The position numbers and the translations under genes were made by a program. From NCBI GenBank assembly GCA_045649145.1, contig JAZRPK010000068.1:1-59290 (forward strand): a stretch of 59,290 nucleotides of DNA, given 5' to 3'. Shown here one piece after another: positions 1 through 10,679 of the stretch; the stretch's first letter is position 1; every line of letters begins with the position of its first letter. The notes below the pieces were generated by a model. That model saw nothing but the letters and a program-made list of their open reading frames with translations. It did not search any database and was not told the DNA's origin. Source of the DNA: Clostridia bacterium. Lineage in GTDB: Bacteria; Bacillota; Clostridia; UBA1381.

Positions 1-159
1 GCTTTTTTAGCACGCTGACTAATTTCGTCATTTACATCCGAATTTCTGTCATAAAAAACTCAAGTTTCTTTTATACATACACTTTGTGTATGCTTGACAA
101 GAACTCTGCACTGTTCATTTTTCAAGGTACATACTGCCGCCAGCGGCGACAGCTTTATT

Positions 160-188
160 ATATTACCACATCCATTACCCTTTGTCAA
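160..188 (-). promoter_or_regulatory. candidate sigma-A promoter reading leftward out of the window
   Basis: Minus strand reads TTGACA (183-188), a 17-nt spacer ending in TGG, then TAATAT (160-165). An ATG at 31-29 opens an ORF that runs off the left edge; only about 10 codons are visible. Confidence 0.35.
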
Positions 189-249
189 CACTTTTTTTCG
201 AATTTTTTTAACTTTTTTTATTTTTTCCAATATCTATACATTTTTATAC

Positions 250-272
250 AAAAAAAGTGCAGTTTCCTGCAC
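250..272 (-). terminator. intrinsic terminator after the ppx-like gene
   Basis: GTGCAG/CTGCAC stem (257-262 / 267-272) with a 4-nt loop. On the minus strand a T-run follows (plus-strand A-run 250-256), immediately after the stop at 277-279. Confidence 0.6.
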
Positions 273-276
273 CTTT

Positions 277-1110
277 TTACTTTACATATTTGATTATAAA
301 GCCCTCTCGCACACTGCAATTTACAACTTTAATTGCCTTTGCATCGGCACAGTCGGCTATTGCTTTGATTACCGCAACAGCTATACCCACCGTGTCAAAG
401 CGTTTGCCCGTAATTTCGCGAAGTGTTTGTTCGGAAAATTCCGTCATATCTGCAAGTTGCTCTATCGTAATATCATTTCCATCACCAAAAGTATGTTCTT
501 TCAATCCGAGCATCGCTCTTGCCGAGCCACCGAATATGTAAATGCAATCGGTTTGTTTTAATTTCGGCAACGACTTTTTAACGTGTCTGTATACATTTTC
601 AAGCTCTTGTGTATCAGCTATTGTTCCCGAAACAAACTCATTTTTCAGGCGTTTTACGCCCAGCTTTAGTGATAGACTGTCGGTCAATTTACCATCATCA
701 AAGCTGAAAATCTGGCAGCTGCCGCCACCAAGGTCAACACCAATACCTGTACTTATATCAACCTGCGCTTTCAGGCTTACAAAGTCGCATTCCGCCTCAT
801 CTTCACCTGATAGAATTTGTATACCTACGCCTGTATATTCCTTTATATACTCCGCAACCTCACCGGCGTTATTCAAATCACGAAATGCAGACGTAGCAAA
901 CGCAACGGGGGTTACTCCCTGTTGCTCTGTCATAACCTTTAGTGTCCCTACTACATTTGAGAGCCATATAATGCCCGCAGTTGTCAATATTGCATCAGCA
1001 GTATAGTCGAACAATTTTGACACCACAGACTGATTAAATATCTCCTGCATTTCATCATCATAGACAACCGCACGGATGGTGTTTGAGCCGATATCTATTA
1101 CGCCCGTCAT
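277..1110 (-). CDS. Ppx/GppA-family phosphatase (exopolyphosphatase / pppGpp phosphohydrolase-like), short form
   Basis: 277-aa [18 protein letters not shown] at the N-terminus and [10 protein letters not shown] centrally are ASKHA phosphate-binding motifs typical of Ppx/GppA. Its start overlaps the hisIE stop by 4 nt. Confidence 0.7.
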   Translation of the reverse strand: MTGVIDIGSNTIRAVVYDDEMQEIFNQSVVSKLFDYTADAILTTAGIIWLSNVVGTLKVMTEQQGVTPVAFATSAFRDLNNAGEVAEYIKEYTGVGIQILSGEDEAECDFVSLKAQVDISTGIGVDLGGGSCQIFSFDDGKLTDSLSLKLGVKRLKNEFVSGTIADTQELENVYRHVKKSLPKLKQTDCIYIFGGSARAMLGLKEHTFGDGNDITIEQLADMTEFSEQTLREITGKRFDTVGIAVAVIKAIADCADAKAIKVVNCSVREGFIIKYVK

Positions 1111-1763
1111 CGTCTTTTTTCAAGCTCGTCAAAGATGTCCTGCCAGCTCATACCGTTATCAACGAGCATAACCGTCATATGATACAAAAGGTCCGCAACC
1201 TCGTACTGAATTTCTGACTTATTTCTGTTTTTGCCTGCAATTACAACCTCGGCAGCCTCCTCGCCGACCTTTTTAAGAATCTTATCTTCGCCCTTATCGA
1301 AGAGGTAGTTGGTATAGCTGCCCTCCTGCGGATTCTTTTTTCTGTCCTCAGCAACAGCCTGCAGTCTTGGGAGAATATCTGCACCGCTTTGGGCAGGGCA
1401 GTCCACAAGTTTATCACCGTCAAATCTGCGATAGAAACAAGTTTCTTTCCCTGTATGACAGGCAGGGCCGTCGGGATTAACCGACACAAGCAGGCAATCC
1501 GCATCGCAGTCAACATCTACCGAATCAACATTCATATAGTTGCCGCTGGTTTCACCTTTAACCCAAAGCTCGTTTCTGCTTCTTGAATAGAATGTCGCTT
1601 TTTTGGTTTCGAGAGTCATTTTAAGACTTTCCTCGTTCATATAAGCAACCATCAGGACTTTCTTTGTTACATTATCCTGCACTACCGCAGGCACAAGTCC
1701 TTTATCATCAAATTTTATCATCTTCAAATGCTCTTCCATTTTTATAATCCTTTCTATTTGCAC
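1107..1763 (-). CDS. hisIE: bifunctional phosphoribosyl-AMP cyclohydrolase / phosphoribosyl-ATP pyrophosphatase
   Basis: 218 aa. The N-terminal half ([32 protein letters not shown]) is HisI-like. The C-terminal half ([28 protein letters not shown]) is HisE-like. Overlaps the hisA stop. Confidence 0.9.
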   Translation of the reverse strand: MQIERIIKMEEHLKMIKFDDKGLVPAVVQDNVTKKVLMVAYMNEESLKMTLETKKATFYSRSRNELWVKGETSGNYMNVDSVDVDCDADCLLVSVNPDGPACHTGKETCFYRRFDGDKLVDCPAQSGADILPRLQAVAEDRKKNPQEGSYTNYLFDKGEDKILKKVGEEAAEVVIAGKNRNKSEIQYEVADLLYHMTVMLVDNGMSWQDIFDELEKRR

Positions 1764-2467
1764 ACATTTATCGCATCAGCAAGCTTTACACTGTCGGTAT
1801 ACAGCGCCTTGCCCACGATTACACCCTCGACGCCTGTCGGGATAAGTGCTTTAATATGCTCAATGTTTCCCACACCGCCCGATGCGATAACATCAAGCGA
1901 TACATTTTCCACCATTTCACGCATTGCCGCAATATTAGGACCTGCAAGAGTCCCGTCTGTAGCAATATCGGTATAGATTACAGTTTTTACGCCGAGTGAT
2001 TCCATTTTCTTGGCAAACTCTACTGCACCAAACTCGGATACCTCTTCCCAGCCTTCAACTGCAACCTTGCCGTCCTTGGCATCGATGCCTATTACTATTT
2101 TGTCACCATATCTTTCAACCGCATTACGCACGAAATCCTCATCTTTTACGGCAGATGTTCCTATTATGACACGGCTGACTCCTAAGGCAAGTTTCTTCTC
2201 GATATCTTCCATAGTGCGTATACCGCCGCCCGTTTGCACTGGGACATTTACACTCTTACAAATTTCGGTAATAATTGCAGCGTTTACGCCGTGACCGTGT
2301 TTGGCACCGTCAAGGTCGACAACGTGAATAAACTCGCCGCCTTCCTTTTCCCATTTAAGAGCCATTTCGGCGGGGTTATCGCCATAGACGGTTACCTGGT
2401 CAAATCTTCCCTTTAATAGTCTGACGCAGTTTCCATCCTTGATATCTATTGCAGGATAAATTTTCAT
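1754..2467 (-). CDS. hisA: 1-(5-phosphoribosyl)-5-[(5-phosphoribosylamino)methylideneamino]imidazole-4-carboxamide isomerase
   Basis: 237 aa. [24 protein letters not shown] and ASGGVG are classic HisA (beta-alpha)8 barrel motifs. ATGA overlap with hisG. Confidence 0.92.
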   Translation of the reverse strand: MKIYPAIDIKDGNCVRLLKGRFDQVTVYGDNPAEMALKWEKEGGEFIHVVDLDGAKHGHGVNAAIITEICKSVNVPVQTGGGIRTMEDIEKKLALGVSRVIIGTSAVKDEDFVRNAVERYGDKIVIGIDAKDGKVAVEGWEEVSEFGAVEFAKKMESLGVKTVIYTDIATDGTLAGPNIAAMREMVENVSLDVIASGGVGNIEHIKALIPTGVEGVIVGKALYTDSVKLADAINVCK

Positions 2468-3102
2468 TCCTTAATCCTCTCCCTGAAGCCTTCTACTATT
2501 TTCATAATTCTGTCGGTGTGCATCTTCATACTCACTCTGTTTACAACAAACCAAGCTGACAGAGGACATACCTCATAGAGCACCTCAAGTCCGTTTTCCT
2601 CAAGAGTTTTGCCGCTTTCTACTATATCTACGATAACGTCCGACAAGCCTACAAGCGGTGCAAGCTCAACCGAGCCGTTGAGCTTAATAAGCTCAATCGT
2701 CTGGCCCTTTTCATCCCTGAAGAACTGCTCGGCAATATGCGGATATTTTGATGCGACCTTGAGGTTATTCACCGAGAACATCTTATCCTTCATCTCAGGC
2801 TTTCCGCAGACGCACATTCTGCATTTGCCGAAGCCTAAGTTTATCATCTCGTAGAGGTTTCTGCCCTCCTCCAAAAGAGTATCCTTACCGACAATACCTA
2901 TATCAGCTGCGCCGTATTCTACATAAGTCGGAACATCTGACGCTTTTACGAGTATAAACTTCATTTTATTCTTTTCATCTGTGAATATGAGCTTGCGTGA
3001 TTTTTCTTTCATTTCGGAACAGTCCATTCCAATATCTGTAAACATATCCATCGCAAGCTCTGCAAGTCTGCCCTTTGCCAAGGCTACGGTTAAATATTTC
3101 AT
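2464..3102 (-). CDS. hisG: ATP phosphoribosyltransferase, short (HisZ-dependent) form
   Basis: The ORF track extends to 3174, but the HisG-like sequence starts at [13 protein letters not shown] (ATG 3102). That gives 212 aa, the short-form length expected when hisZ is present. Confidence 0.88.
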   Translation of the reverse strand: MKYLTVALAKGRLAELAMDMFTDIGMDCSEMKEKSRKLIFTDEKNKMKFILVKASDVPTYVEYGAADIGIVGKDTLLEEGRNLYEMINLGFGKCRMCVCGKPEMKDKMFSVNNLKVASKYPHIAEQFFRDEKGQTIELIKLNGSVELAPLVGLSDVIVDIVESGKTLEENGLEVLYEVCPLSAWFVVNRVSMKMHTDRIMKIVEGFRERIKE

Positions 3103-3122
3103 ATCAGTTAAAGTCCTTCCGT

Positions 3123-4448
3123 TTAGTGATGATGCCCGCAATCGCAATCGTGATGATGCTCGCCACAGCCGCAATCACAATCGTCATCGTCATAATAGCC
3201 CAAAAACTCCTGTGCAGTGGTTTCGGTAATTTCATTCTTGATAAAGTCCTTAATTTGCACCTTACCGTCAGAATGAACGCGCATCATGCAGCCAGCACCA
3301 GTTGATATTGCGTATTTTTCACAATCGAGATAGTCGCCGTCGCCGATATACTGCTCTACCAAGCAGCCGTTTAACCGAAGCGTGTATGCAAGGTCATACG
3401 CAATACCCTCTGCATTCTTCTCTGGGAAGATTACACTTGCACTTAGAGTATTGCTGTGCTGTGCACCTTTTGAGCGCAATGCCGCCATTATGCGATTTAT
3501 TCCAAATGCAGCACCCACTGCGCCCGCCTTGACGCCAAAATGCCCGAGAAGATTATCATATCTGCCGCCCGCACATATAGGAAAGCCTACACCGTGGGTA
3601 TAGCATTTGAAAATAGTACCTGTATAATAGTCAATACTCTGGAGCATACCCAAATCTATCGAAATATACTTTTCAAAGCCGTAGAGTGTAAGAAGATTAA
3701 ATATTCTTCTAATATTATCAAGTGCCGCCTTTGACGTAGCGTTTAAGCCCTCAACATCGGCACGGTCCAAAACCTCGCTTCCTCCAAAAAGGGACGGCAG
3801 CTCGGAAAGAAGCTTTTTAATATCATCACCAATATCAAGCTCTGACACAAGCTCACGAATACCCAAAGAGTCTTTAGAGTCTATTCTTTCTCTCAATCTT
3901 TCGGTTGCATCAGCACTAAGACCTGCCTGCTCGACAAGTCCGTTAAAGAATGCCACCTGACCTATCTCCATCGAAAACTCGTCAATGCCGATAGCAAGTA
4001 CAGACTCTATGGCAGCTGAAATAACCTCGGCATCAGCTTCTGGCGTATATGAGCCGATAAGCTCAATACCCGCCTGTGTAAACTCTCTTTGTCTTGCCCC
4101 CTGAGTTTCTTCCGCACGAAAAACATTACCCGTATAGCAGTATCTTTTAGGTAGTACCGATAAATCCTCTTTAGTCGCTGCCATGCGAGCAATTGAGGTT
4201 GTTATATCGGGTCTTAAGGTGAGTATTCTCCCCTTTTCGTCAAAGAACTTAAACATATTCTCCTGCGAAATCTGTCCGCCCGACTCGGCAAATACATCAT
4301 AATATTCAAATGTGGGCAGCTCGACCTCACGGTAACCCATTGATGCAAGCACCGTCCATATAGTTGACTCAATCTCCTTTTTAGCCGCACACTCGTCGGG
4401 CAATATATCGCATACCCCTGTAGGTGTATGTCTGTTCCATTGTGCCAT
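3123..4448 (-). CDS. hisZ: ATP phosphoribosyltransferase regulatory subunit (HisRS paralogue) with an unusual C-terminal His/Cys/Asp-rich tail
   Basis: 441 aa with class-II aaRS-like motifs ([27 protein letters not shown]). Sits directly upstream of short hisG. Ends in [22 protein letters not shown]. Confidence 0.85.
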   Translation of the reverse strand: MAQWNRHTPTGVCDILPDECAAKKEIESTIWTVLASMGYREVELPTFEYYDVFAESGGQISQENMFKFFDEKGRILTLRPDITTSIARMAATKEDLSVLPKRYCYTGNVFRAEETQGARQREFTQAGIELIGSYTPEADAEVISAAIESVLAIGIDEFSMEIGQVAFFNGLVEQAGLSADATERLRERIDSKDSLGIRELVSELDIGDDIKKLLSELPSLFGGSEVLDRADVEGLNATSKAALDNIRRIFNLLTLYGFEKYISIDLGMLQSIDYYTGTIFKCYTHGVGFPICAGGRYDNLLGHFGVKAGAVGAAFGINRIMAALRSKGAQHSNTLSASVIFPEKNAEGIAYDLAYTLRLNGCLVEQYIGDGDYLDCEKYAISTGAGCMMRVHSDGKVQIKDFIKNEITETTAQEFLGYYDDDDCDCGCGEHHHDCDCGHHH

Positions 4449-4491
4449 ATATAAAATCCTTTCCGCTTTACTTTGCTAAATCACTAAAGTG

Positions 4492-4552
4492 ATTATACTA
4501 CCTTTATATATTATTGTCAAGTATATTATACTAATTTTTACTAAAAAGTCAA
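4492..4552 (-). promoter_or_regulatory. two tandem consensus-like sigma-A promoters upstream of hisZ
   Basis: Minus strand. Proximal: TTGACA (4515-4520), N17, TATAAT (4492-4497). Distal: TTGACT (4547-4552), N16, TATAAT (4525-4530). Confidence 0.55.
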
Positions 4553-4570
4553 TTATTCTCAATTGAAAGA

Positions 4571-4601
4571 AAAAAACAGAGCCGCTAAAAATGCGGCTCT
4601 G
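4571..4601 (-). terminator. intrinsic terminator after rpsT
   Basis: CAGAGCCGC/GCGGCTCTG stem (4578-4586 / 4593-4601). The plus-strand A-run 4571-4577 gives the U-tract on the minus strand. Confidence 0.75.
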
Positions 4602-4609
4602 TAAATGCT

Positions 4610-4873
4610 TTACGCCATCTTTGCAAGCTTCAAAGCAAGCTGCGACTTCTTTCTTGCAGCATTGTTCTTGTGCAGAATGCCCTGCTTTACGCTCTGGTCG
4701 AGCTTCTTAACAGCATTGTTATAAAGAGCGTTTACATTCTCCTTATCGTTTGCCTCGACAGCAGCCTCAAACTTCTTTACAGCAGTTCTGAGTGCAGTCT
4801 TGTGCATCTGGTTAATCAAAGTCTTCTTCTTGATAACCAATACACGCTTCTTTGCAGATTTGATGTTAGGCAT
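4610..4873 (-). CDS. rpsT: 30S ribosomal protein S20
   Basis: [11 protein letters not shown] is the canonical S20 N-terminus; basic protein of 87 aa. The ORF track adds 3 upstream codons. Confidence 0.9.
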   Translation of the reverse strand: MPNIKSAKKRVLVIKKKTLINQMHKTALRTAVKKFEAAVEANDKENVNALYNNAVKKLDQSVKQGILHKNNAARKKSQLALKLAKMA

Positions 4874-4970
4874 TTTGTTCACCTCCGAGTAAATAATACA
4901 TAATACCCAATTATTCTAACACAAGTTAATTAAAATTGCAAGACCTTTTTTCTAATTTTTTGAAAAATTT

Positions 4971-6197
4971 TTATTCTCGGCGTTTTCGTACCATTGCACC
5001 GACTGCAATTTTATCTTGAGAGTGGAATTTTACCGTCATTTCGGCGTGGTTTGCAACCTCTATCGGCTCACCATTCTCGTCCTGCAAATTCTCTACAACA
5101 AGTGTAGTAAACGGCTTTTTCGGCTCTATTATCTCTACCTCATCACCCGCAAAAAAGCGATTTCGCTGTGTGATGGTGAGCATTTTATTTTCCTCATCAT
5201 AGTCTGTAACCATACCAACAAGGTCATAGTCACGTATATACGAGCTATCGGTATAAACCTGTGCATTTTTGTCAGGCTTGCCGAAATAGAAGCCTGTATA
5301 ATATGGGCGGTGGCTTACCTTGCAAAGCTCGGCAAGCTGTTTTTCGTCAAATACATACCTCTCGGGATTTTCAAAATAACGGTCAATCTCCTCTCGGTAT
5401 GCCTTTACCACCGTTGCAAGATAATACGCAGTTTTTACTCTGCCCTCAAGCTTAAAGCTGGAAATACCGCTCTTTACAAGCTCAGGAATATGCGCTATCA
5501 TACACAAATCCTTCGAATTAAATATAAACGTACCACGCTCATTTTCGAATATAGGCATATATTCGCCCGGTCTGGTCTCTTCAACCAACGAATAGTTCCA
5601 TCTGCACGGATGTGCGCAAGCGCCCTGATTAGCGTCACGGGCGGTCATATAATTGGAAAGCAGGCATCTGCCCGAATAAGATATACACATAGCGCCGTGC
5701 ACAAAAGCCTCTATCTCGAGCTCGGGTGGTGTTTTTGCCCTTATTTCTTCAATTTCGGCAAGGCTCATTTCACGTGCTAAAACAACCCTCTTAGCCCCCA
5801 TCTCGTACCATTTGGTTGCACTGCGGTAGTTTACATTGTTAGCCTGTGTACTTATATGAATAGGAAGCTCTGGAGCGGTTTTTTGCAGAATATCAAACAT
5901 GCCCAAATCAGCAACCAGCACTGCATCAAACCCTATATCCTTAATACCTAAAACAAAGTTTTCAAAATCGTCAATGTCCCTGTTATGCGGCAATATATTT
6001 GCTGTAAGGTAAACCTTTTTACCCCTGTCGTGTGCGTATTTAACGCCCTCTATCATCTCTTCAAGGGAAAAATTTTCTGCCGCCACCCTAAGACTGTAAG
6101 CCTCGCCTCCGATATACACGGCATCAGCACCATAGTCAATAGCGGTTTTAAGTTTTTCAAGGCTCCCGCCGGGTGCTAAAAGCTCCGGTTTATTCAT
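4971..6197 (-). CDS. U32-family peptidase-like protein (TrhP/YrrN-YrrO-type, tRNA 5-hydroxyuridine synthesis family)
   Basis: 408 aa from MNKPELLAPGGSLEKLKTAIDYGADAVYIGG, a U32-family N-terminus. Has a Cys-rich centre (HGAMCISYSGRCLLS, ACAHPCRW). Lies next to a YrrM-like methyltransferase, as in the B. subtilis yrrMNO arrangement. Confidence 0.8.
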   Translation of the reverse strand: MNKPELLAPGGSLEKLKTAIDYGADAVYIGGEAYSLRVAAENFSLEEMIEGVKYAHDRGKKVYLTANILPHNRDIDDFENFVLGIKDIGFDAVLVADLGMFDILQKTAPELPIHISTQANNVNYRSATKWYEMGAKRVVLAREMSLAEIEEIRAKTPPELEIEAFVHGAMCISYSGRCLLSNYMTARDANQGACAHPCRWNYSLVEETRPGEYMPIFENERGTFIFNSKDLCMIAHIPELVKSGISSFKLEGRVKTAYYLATVVKAYREEIDRYFENPERYVFDEKQLAELCKVSHRPYYTGFYFGKPDKNAQVYTDSSYIRDYDLVGMVTDYDEENKMLTITQRNRFFAGDEVEIIEPKKPFTTLVVENLQDENGEPIEVANHAEMTVKFHSQDKIAVGAMVRKRRE

Positions 6198-6213
6198 TGG
6201 CAAACATCTCCTC

Positions 6214-6873
6214 TTATTTCCTGACCGCAACCGTCATACCATCACCAAGCGGCAACAGCACCGTTTCAAGCTCTGCCCTTTGCATCTGGGCAGCGATAAA
6301 ATGACGCAGTCTTTTTACTATTGTTATTTTACGTCTTACTACGTGCTCGGGGTCTGCGGTCATACCTTTATAAAGCACATTGTCGGCAATTAACATTCCG
6401 CCCTTTTTAAGCAATCGGATGCAGTCGTTTAGCATATGTATATAATGTGCCTTAGGCCCGTCTAAAAAAATTAAATCATATTCACCCGTCAGCGTAGGTA
6501 CAGTTTCCACCGCATCACAATGACGCACCGTTATAACATCGCTCTTTCCGGCACGTTCTATATTTCTTCTTGCACGCTCAGCCATCTTTTCGTCAAGCTC
6601 TAAGGTAAGAATACTTCCGCCCTCAGAAAGCTTTTCGGACATCAAAAGTGCCGAATAGCCTATCGCACAGCCAATCTCCAATATATGCTTAGGTCTTTTC
6701 AGCTCGCAAAGTACCGACAAAAGCCTTGCCGCCTCGGGCAGAATAATGGGAATATCCTCGTCCTTAGCCTCTTTTTCAAGCTCTTTTAGTATCCCCGAGG
6801 TTTCGGGAACACCCTCTCTTAGCATTTGTGTGATATATGGATATACTATCGCATCCTTATCATACTCAATCAT
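6214..6873 (-). CDS. class I SAM-dependent O-methyltransferase (TrmR/YrrM-like)
   Basis: 219 aa. ILEIGCAIGYS is SAM-binding motif I, and IFLDGPK resembles catechol-O-methyltransferase family motifs. Adjacent to the U32 gene. Confidence 0.75.
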   Translation of the reverse strand: MIEYDKDAIVYPYITQMLREGVPETSGILKELEKEAKDEDIPIILPEAARLLSVLCELKRPKHILEIGCAIGYSALLMSEKLSEGGSILTLELDEKMAERARRNIERAGKSDVITVRHCDAVETVPTLTGEYDLIFLDGPKAHYIHMLNDCIRLLKKGGMLIADNVLYKGMTADPEHVVRRKITIVKRLRHFIAAQMQRAELETVLLPLGDGMTVAVRK

Positions 6874-7816
6874 TGAACAATTCTCCGCAAATTTTTATTA
6901 CCTTGTCCTTCATATCCAAAAAGCTGTCTGTACTGCTCGACGCACCGCTCGCCATTTTGTGACCGCCGCCGCCGAATTGCTGTGCCAGAGAGCCTACATC
7001 ATATTCTCCGTTTGAGCGGAAGGACAGCTTTACCCTGTTATCTGTTTCCCTTACCGAAACGGCAATTTCGCATCCTGATACCATTCTTGCAATATTTACA
7101 ATATCGCCCATATCACGCTCTGCAACACCAAAGCGTTCAAATTCGTCCCTTTCGACCGCTATCATAGCAAGCTTACCGTCAAAATACGTTTCAACCCTGC
7201 TCATCAAATGTCCCTTAAAGTGCATAGTTTTTTCAGGCTCAGTATCAAAGAGCATACGGGAGAGGTATGCGTTATCTATCCCCTTTTCCAAAAGCTCAGC
7301 ACAAATACGCATTGTTTTAGGACTCACATTCGAGTACTTAAAGCTGCCCGTATCCGATGCAATTGCAATAAACAGGTATTCTGCAGTCTTTTGGTCAATT
7401 TCTTCGCCCAGTGCCGCTATAACATCTGCAAGTATCTCGCCTGTTGCAGCCGCATCGGGAACTACATAATTTACATCCGCAAAGCCGGTATTGGTGATAT
7501 GATGGTCAATTGATGCCGTGTTTTTTGCCGCATCAAACAAAGCCCTTCTGTCGCCGAGTCTTTCGATATCGCCGCAGTCAAGGCACAGACAAAGGTCATA
7601 TTCCCCGACATTATCATCGGGGAATATTCCCTCAGCATTCATAAAATCCAATCTCTGTTCCAACGGGGCACTAAATATAACATCAGCCTTTTTGCCCATA
7701 TTGGTAAGCACTCTTTTAATCGCAAGCGAGCTTCCGACAGAGTCGGCATCCTCGTTAATGTGCCCGAGGATGGCTATGCTGTCAGCTTTTTTAATTATAT
7801 CTACCAAATTTTTCAT
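6866..7816 (-). CDS. nrnA: DHH/DHHA1 phosphoesterase (NrnA-type oligoribonuclease / pAp phosphatase)
   Basis: 316 aa from MKNLVDIIKKADSIAILGHINEDADSVGS. DHH motifs (DCGD, IDHH) and a C-terminal GGGH motif. Follows rbfA, as is usual in Firmicutes. Confidence 0.8.
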   Translation of the reverse strand: MKNLVDIIKKADSIAILGHINEDADSVGSSLAIKRVLTNMGKKADVIFSAPLEQRLDFMNAEGIFPDDNVGEYDLCLCLDCGDIERLGDRRALFDAAKNTASIDHHITNTGFADVNYVVPDAAATGEILADVIAALGEEIDQKTAEYLFIAIASDTGSFKYSNVSPKTMRICAELLEKGIDNAYLSRMLFDTEPEKTMHFKGHLMSRVETYFDGKLAMIAVERDEFERFGVAERDMGDIVNIARMVSGCEIAVSVRETDNRVKLSFRSNGEYDVGSLAQQFGGGGHKMASGASSSTDSFLDMKDKVIKICGELFND

Positions 7817-7820
7817 AGCA

Positions 7821-8156
7821 TTAAAGCTCCGAAAGAATTTTGTTAATATGTGCACCGTGCTCGATTGAGCGGTCAAGCTCGAAAACTATTTCGGGTGTGT
7901 GGCGAATGTCTATTCTTCTGCCAACCTCACGTCGAACATAACCCGATGCAGATTTCAAGCCCTCAAGTGCACGTTTTTTAGTTTCCTCGTCGCCCATTAC
8001 GCTCACATATACCTTTGCATATGAAAGGTCGTTTGTAACCGAAACGGCAACAACACTTGTCATAAGAGGAATACGTGTGTCCTTAAGCTCACGTATAATC
8101 TCCGCAAGGGCACGGTGTACCTCCTCGTTAATTTTGTTTATTCTTTCTTTTGCCAT
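7821..8156 (-). CDS. rbfA: ribosome-binding factor A
   Basis: 111 aa from MAKERINKINEEVHRALAEII. Contains the VSVTNDLSYAKVYVS motif. Lies downstream of infB. Confidence 0.9.
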   Translation of the reverse strand: MAKERINKINEEVHRALAEIIRELKDTRIPLMTSVVAVSVTNDLSYAKVYVSVMGDEETKKRALEGLKSASGYVRREVGRRIDIRHTPEIVFELDRSIEHGAHINKILSEL

Positions 8157-8280
8157 AGTATTTCCTTTCTGACAAAATGGTAAGTTACTCAAAGTTTGAT
8201 TTTACGCAAATTGCCGTTTCGCACCGAGGGAGCCGTACGGGTTGTACTGCCCCGAGGGAGAAATGGTAAGTTGCGGGAAA

Positions 8281-10677
8281 TCAGCGTTCAATCTCCTGCA
8301 TTTCGTAGCACTCGATTACATCACCCTCTTTGACGTCGTTGAAGTTTTCGATAGTGATACCACACTCGAAGTTTTCAGAAACCTCTTTGGCATCATCCTT
8401 AAATCTCTTAAGACCGGCAAGTTTTCCTTCGAATACAACTATACCGTTTCTTACAACTCTAACCTCGGCATTTCTGGTAATCTTGCCGTCAGTAACATAT
8501 GAGCCTGCAATCGTACCTACGCCCGATACCTTAAAGGTCTGACGAACTTCTGCGTGACCTAAGAGCACTTCCTTAAATTCAGGGTCTAACATACCCTTCA
8601 TAGCAGCCTCTATTTCCTCAATTGCCTGATAAATTACACGGTAGAGTCTTATGTCAACCTCCTGACGCTCTGCCGCAGCAGATGCACCTGCGTCGGGACG
8701 TACGTTAAAGCCTACAATAATTGCGTTTGAAGCATTTGCGAGCATTACATCAGACTCGTTTACAGCACCTACACCGCAGTGGATTGCACGCACTCTTACC
8801 TCGTCATTTGAAAGCTTCTCCAAAGACTGCTTAACAGCCTCTACAGAGCCTTGAACGTCAGCCTTTACGATGACATTAAGCTCCTTCATATTACCCTCGT
8901 CAATCTGTGAGAAGAGGTTATCCAAGGACACCTTAACCGTCTGATTAAAGAGTGTTTCCTTCTGCTCATGACGTCTTGCCTCGGCAACGTCCTTGGCAAG
9001 CTTTTCGTCCTTGACAACGCTGAACTTATCACCGCCTGACGGTACCTCGGAAAGACCGAGAATTTCGACCGGTGTTGAAGGACCAGCTGTCTTAACACGT
9101 CTGCCCTTATCGTTTACCATCGCACGTACGTGTCCTACGGCAGTACCCGCAATTACGATATCGCCGACATTCAGCGTACCCTCCTGAACGAGCACAGTCG
9201 CAACAGGGCCTCTGCCCTTGTCTACCTGTGCCTCGATAACAGCACCCTTAGCAGGCTTGTTGGGGTTTGCTTTTAATTCCTTCATATCGGCAACCAAAAG
9301 CACCATCTCCAAAAGACCGTCGATGTTAATTCTCTGCTTTGCCGAAACCTCAACGCAAACGGTGTCACCGCCCCATTCCTCAGGAACAAGCTCATATTCT
9401 ACCAGCATCTGCTTAACACGCTCTGCGTTTGCGCCCTCTTTATCTATCTTATTTATAGCTACAACTATTGTAACACCTGCAGCTTTTGCGTGGTTAATAG
9501 CCTCGATTGTCTGCGGCATTATACCATCATCAGCAGCAACTACCAGAATTGCAACGTCTGTTACTTGTGCACCCCTTGCACGCATTGTAGTAAACGCCTC
9601 GTGTCCCGGTGTGTCAAGGAAGGTGATATCTCTGTCATTAAGACGAACACCGTATGCACCGATATGCTGCGTGATACCGCCTGCCTCACCTGATGCAACC
9701 GATGTGTCACGGATTGCGTCAAGAAGTGATGTTTTACCGTGGTCAACGTGTCCCATAACAACAACAACCGGCGGACGTGGCAATAAATCCTCAGGTTTAT
9801 CCTCTTCCTCCTGGAAAAGAATATCTTCCTTGGTAAGAATTATCTCCTTAGTTACCTCAATCTCAAAATCAGCAGCTATAAGCTGTGCCGTATCAAAATC
9901 AATCGCCTGATTAACAGTAGCCATTACGCCCAGCATCATAAGCTTTTTGATAATCTCGGCAGCGCCCTTGTTTATCTTCTGCGCAAACTCGCCTACTGTG
10001 ATAGTTTCGGGAATTTCGATTGATTTAGGCTCTTCCTTCTTCGGTTTTTCGGCGGGCTTGTTTTGCTTAACCGGTTGTTCCTTAACAGCGCCTCGGTCAC
10101 GGTTAGACTTTTTCTTACGCTTTGATCTGTCGTCATTTTTGTGCATATTGTCGCTGACCATATCCTCAAGACGCTCACGTGTTTCAATTGTTTCAAGCTC
10201 AACGGTAGATGTACGTGTATCGACATATCTTGACGTTTGCTCGGTCTTTATGATAAGATCCTCGTCGGACAGCTCCTCTGCAACTCTTACCGGCTCCTCC
10301 TTCTTTTTCTTAAGAGGTGCAGGCGGTGCTTTTTTCTCCGTAGCAGGCTTCTTTTCCTTCTTTTCAACAGCCTTTTCAGCCTTTTTCTCCTCGGCAGGCT
10401 TATCCGCTTTTTCGGTCTTTTTCTCCTCGACCTTTTCCTCTTTGGGTTTTTCCTCTTTCTTAGGCTTGGGCGCACGTTTCGGTTTTACAATCTGCTCATC
10501 GCCCATATCATACATATGTGTAAAAATATCGAATATTATACCAAGCTGTTCTTCATCAAGCTGTACCGAAGAATTCTTTATAATATGTCCCATCTTCGCA
10601 AGAGCTTCGATAATCTCTGTGCTTGTCAGTTTCAAATCCTTTGCAATTTCAGCTACCTTAGGTTGCAATATTGCCAT
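8281..10677 (-). CDS. infB: translation initiation factor IF-2
   Basis: 798 aa. GTPase motifs [13 protein letters not shown] and NKID. The N-terminal linker is K/E-rich. Conserved nusA-infB context. Confidence 0.97.
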   Translation of the reverse strand: MAILQPKVAEIAKDLKLTSTEIIEALAKMGHIIKNSSVQLDEEQLGIIFDIFTHMYDMGDEQIVKPKRAPKPKKEEKPKEEKVEEKKTEKADKPAEEKKAEKAVEKKEKKPATEKKAPPAPLKKKKEEPVRVAEELSDEDLIIKTEQTSRYVDTRTSTVELETIETRERLEDMVSDNMHKNDDRSKRKKKSNRDRGAVKEQPVKQNKPAEKPKKEEPKSIEIPETITVGEFAQKINKGAAEIIKKLMMLGVMATVNQAIDFDTAQLIAADFEIEVTKEIILTKEDILFQEEEDKPEDLLPRPPVVVVMGHVDHGKTSLLDAIRDTSVASGEAGGITQHIGAYGVRLNDRDITFLDTPGHEAFTTMRARGAQVTDVAILVVAADDGIMPQTIEAINHAKAAGVTIVVAINKIDKEGANAERVKQMLVEYELVPEEWGGDTVCVEVSAKQRINIDGLLEMVLLVADMKELKANPNKPAKGAVIEAQVDKGRGPVATVLVQEGTLNVGDIVIAGTAVGHVRAMVNDKGRRVKTAGPSTPVEILGLSEVPSGGDKFSVVKDEKLAKDVAEARRHEQKETLFNQTVKVSLDNLFSQIDEGNMKELNVIVKADVQGSVEAVKQSLEKLSNDEVRVRAIHCGVGAVNESDVMLANASNAIIVGFNVRPDAGASAAAERQEVDIRLYRVIYQAIEEIEAAMKGMLDPEFKEVLLGHAEVRQTFKVSGVGTIAGSYVTDGKITRNAEVRVVRNGIVVFEGKLAGLKRFKDDAKEVSENFECGITIENFNDVKEGDVIECYEMQEIER

Positions 10678-10679
10678 AA

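Noticed and set aside
3103-3174. N-terminal extensions in the ORF track: hisG to 3174, nadB to 38320, hisH to 22831, ilvB from 17477, mnmG from 43364, and others
   Set aside because: The family-typical N-termini start at internal Met codons that have SD sequences. The extensions run into upstream genes or promoters and show no similarity to the respective families.
10230-10480. Apparent tandem repetitiveness in the infB 5' region
   Set aside because: It corresponds to the Lys/Glu-rich low-complexity linker of IF-2 ([15 protein letters not shown]...), a normal feature of the protein and not a genomic repeat element.
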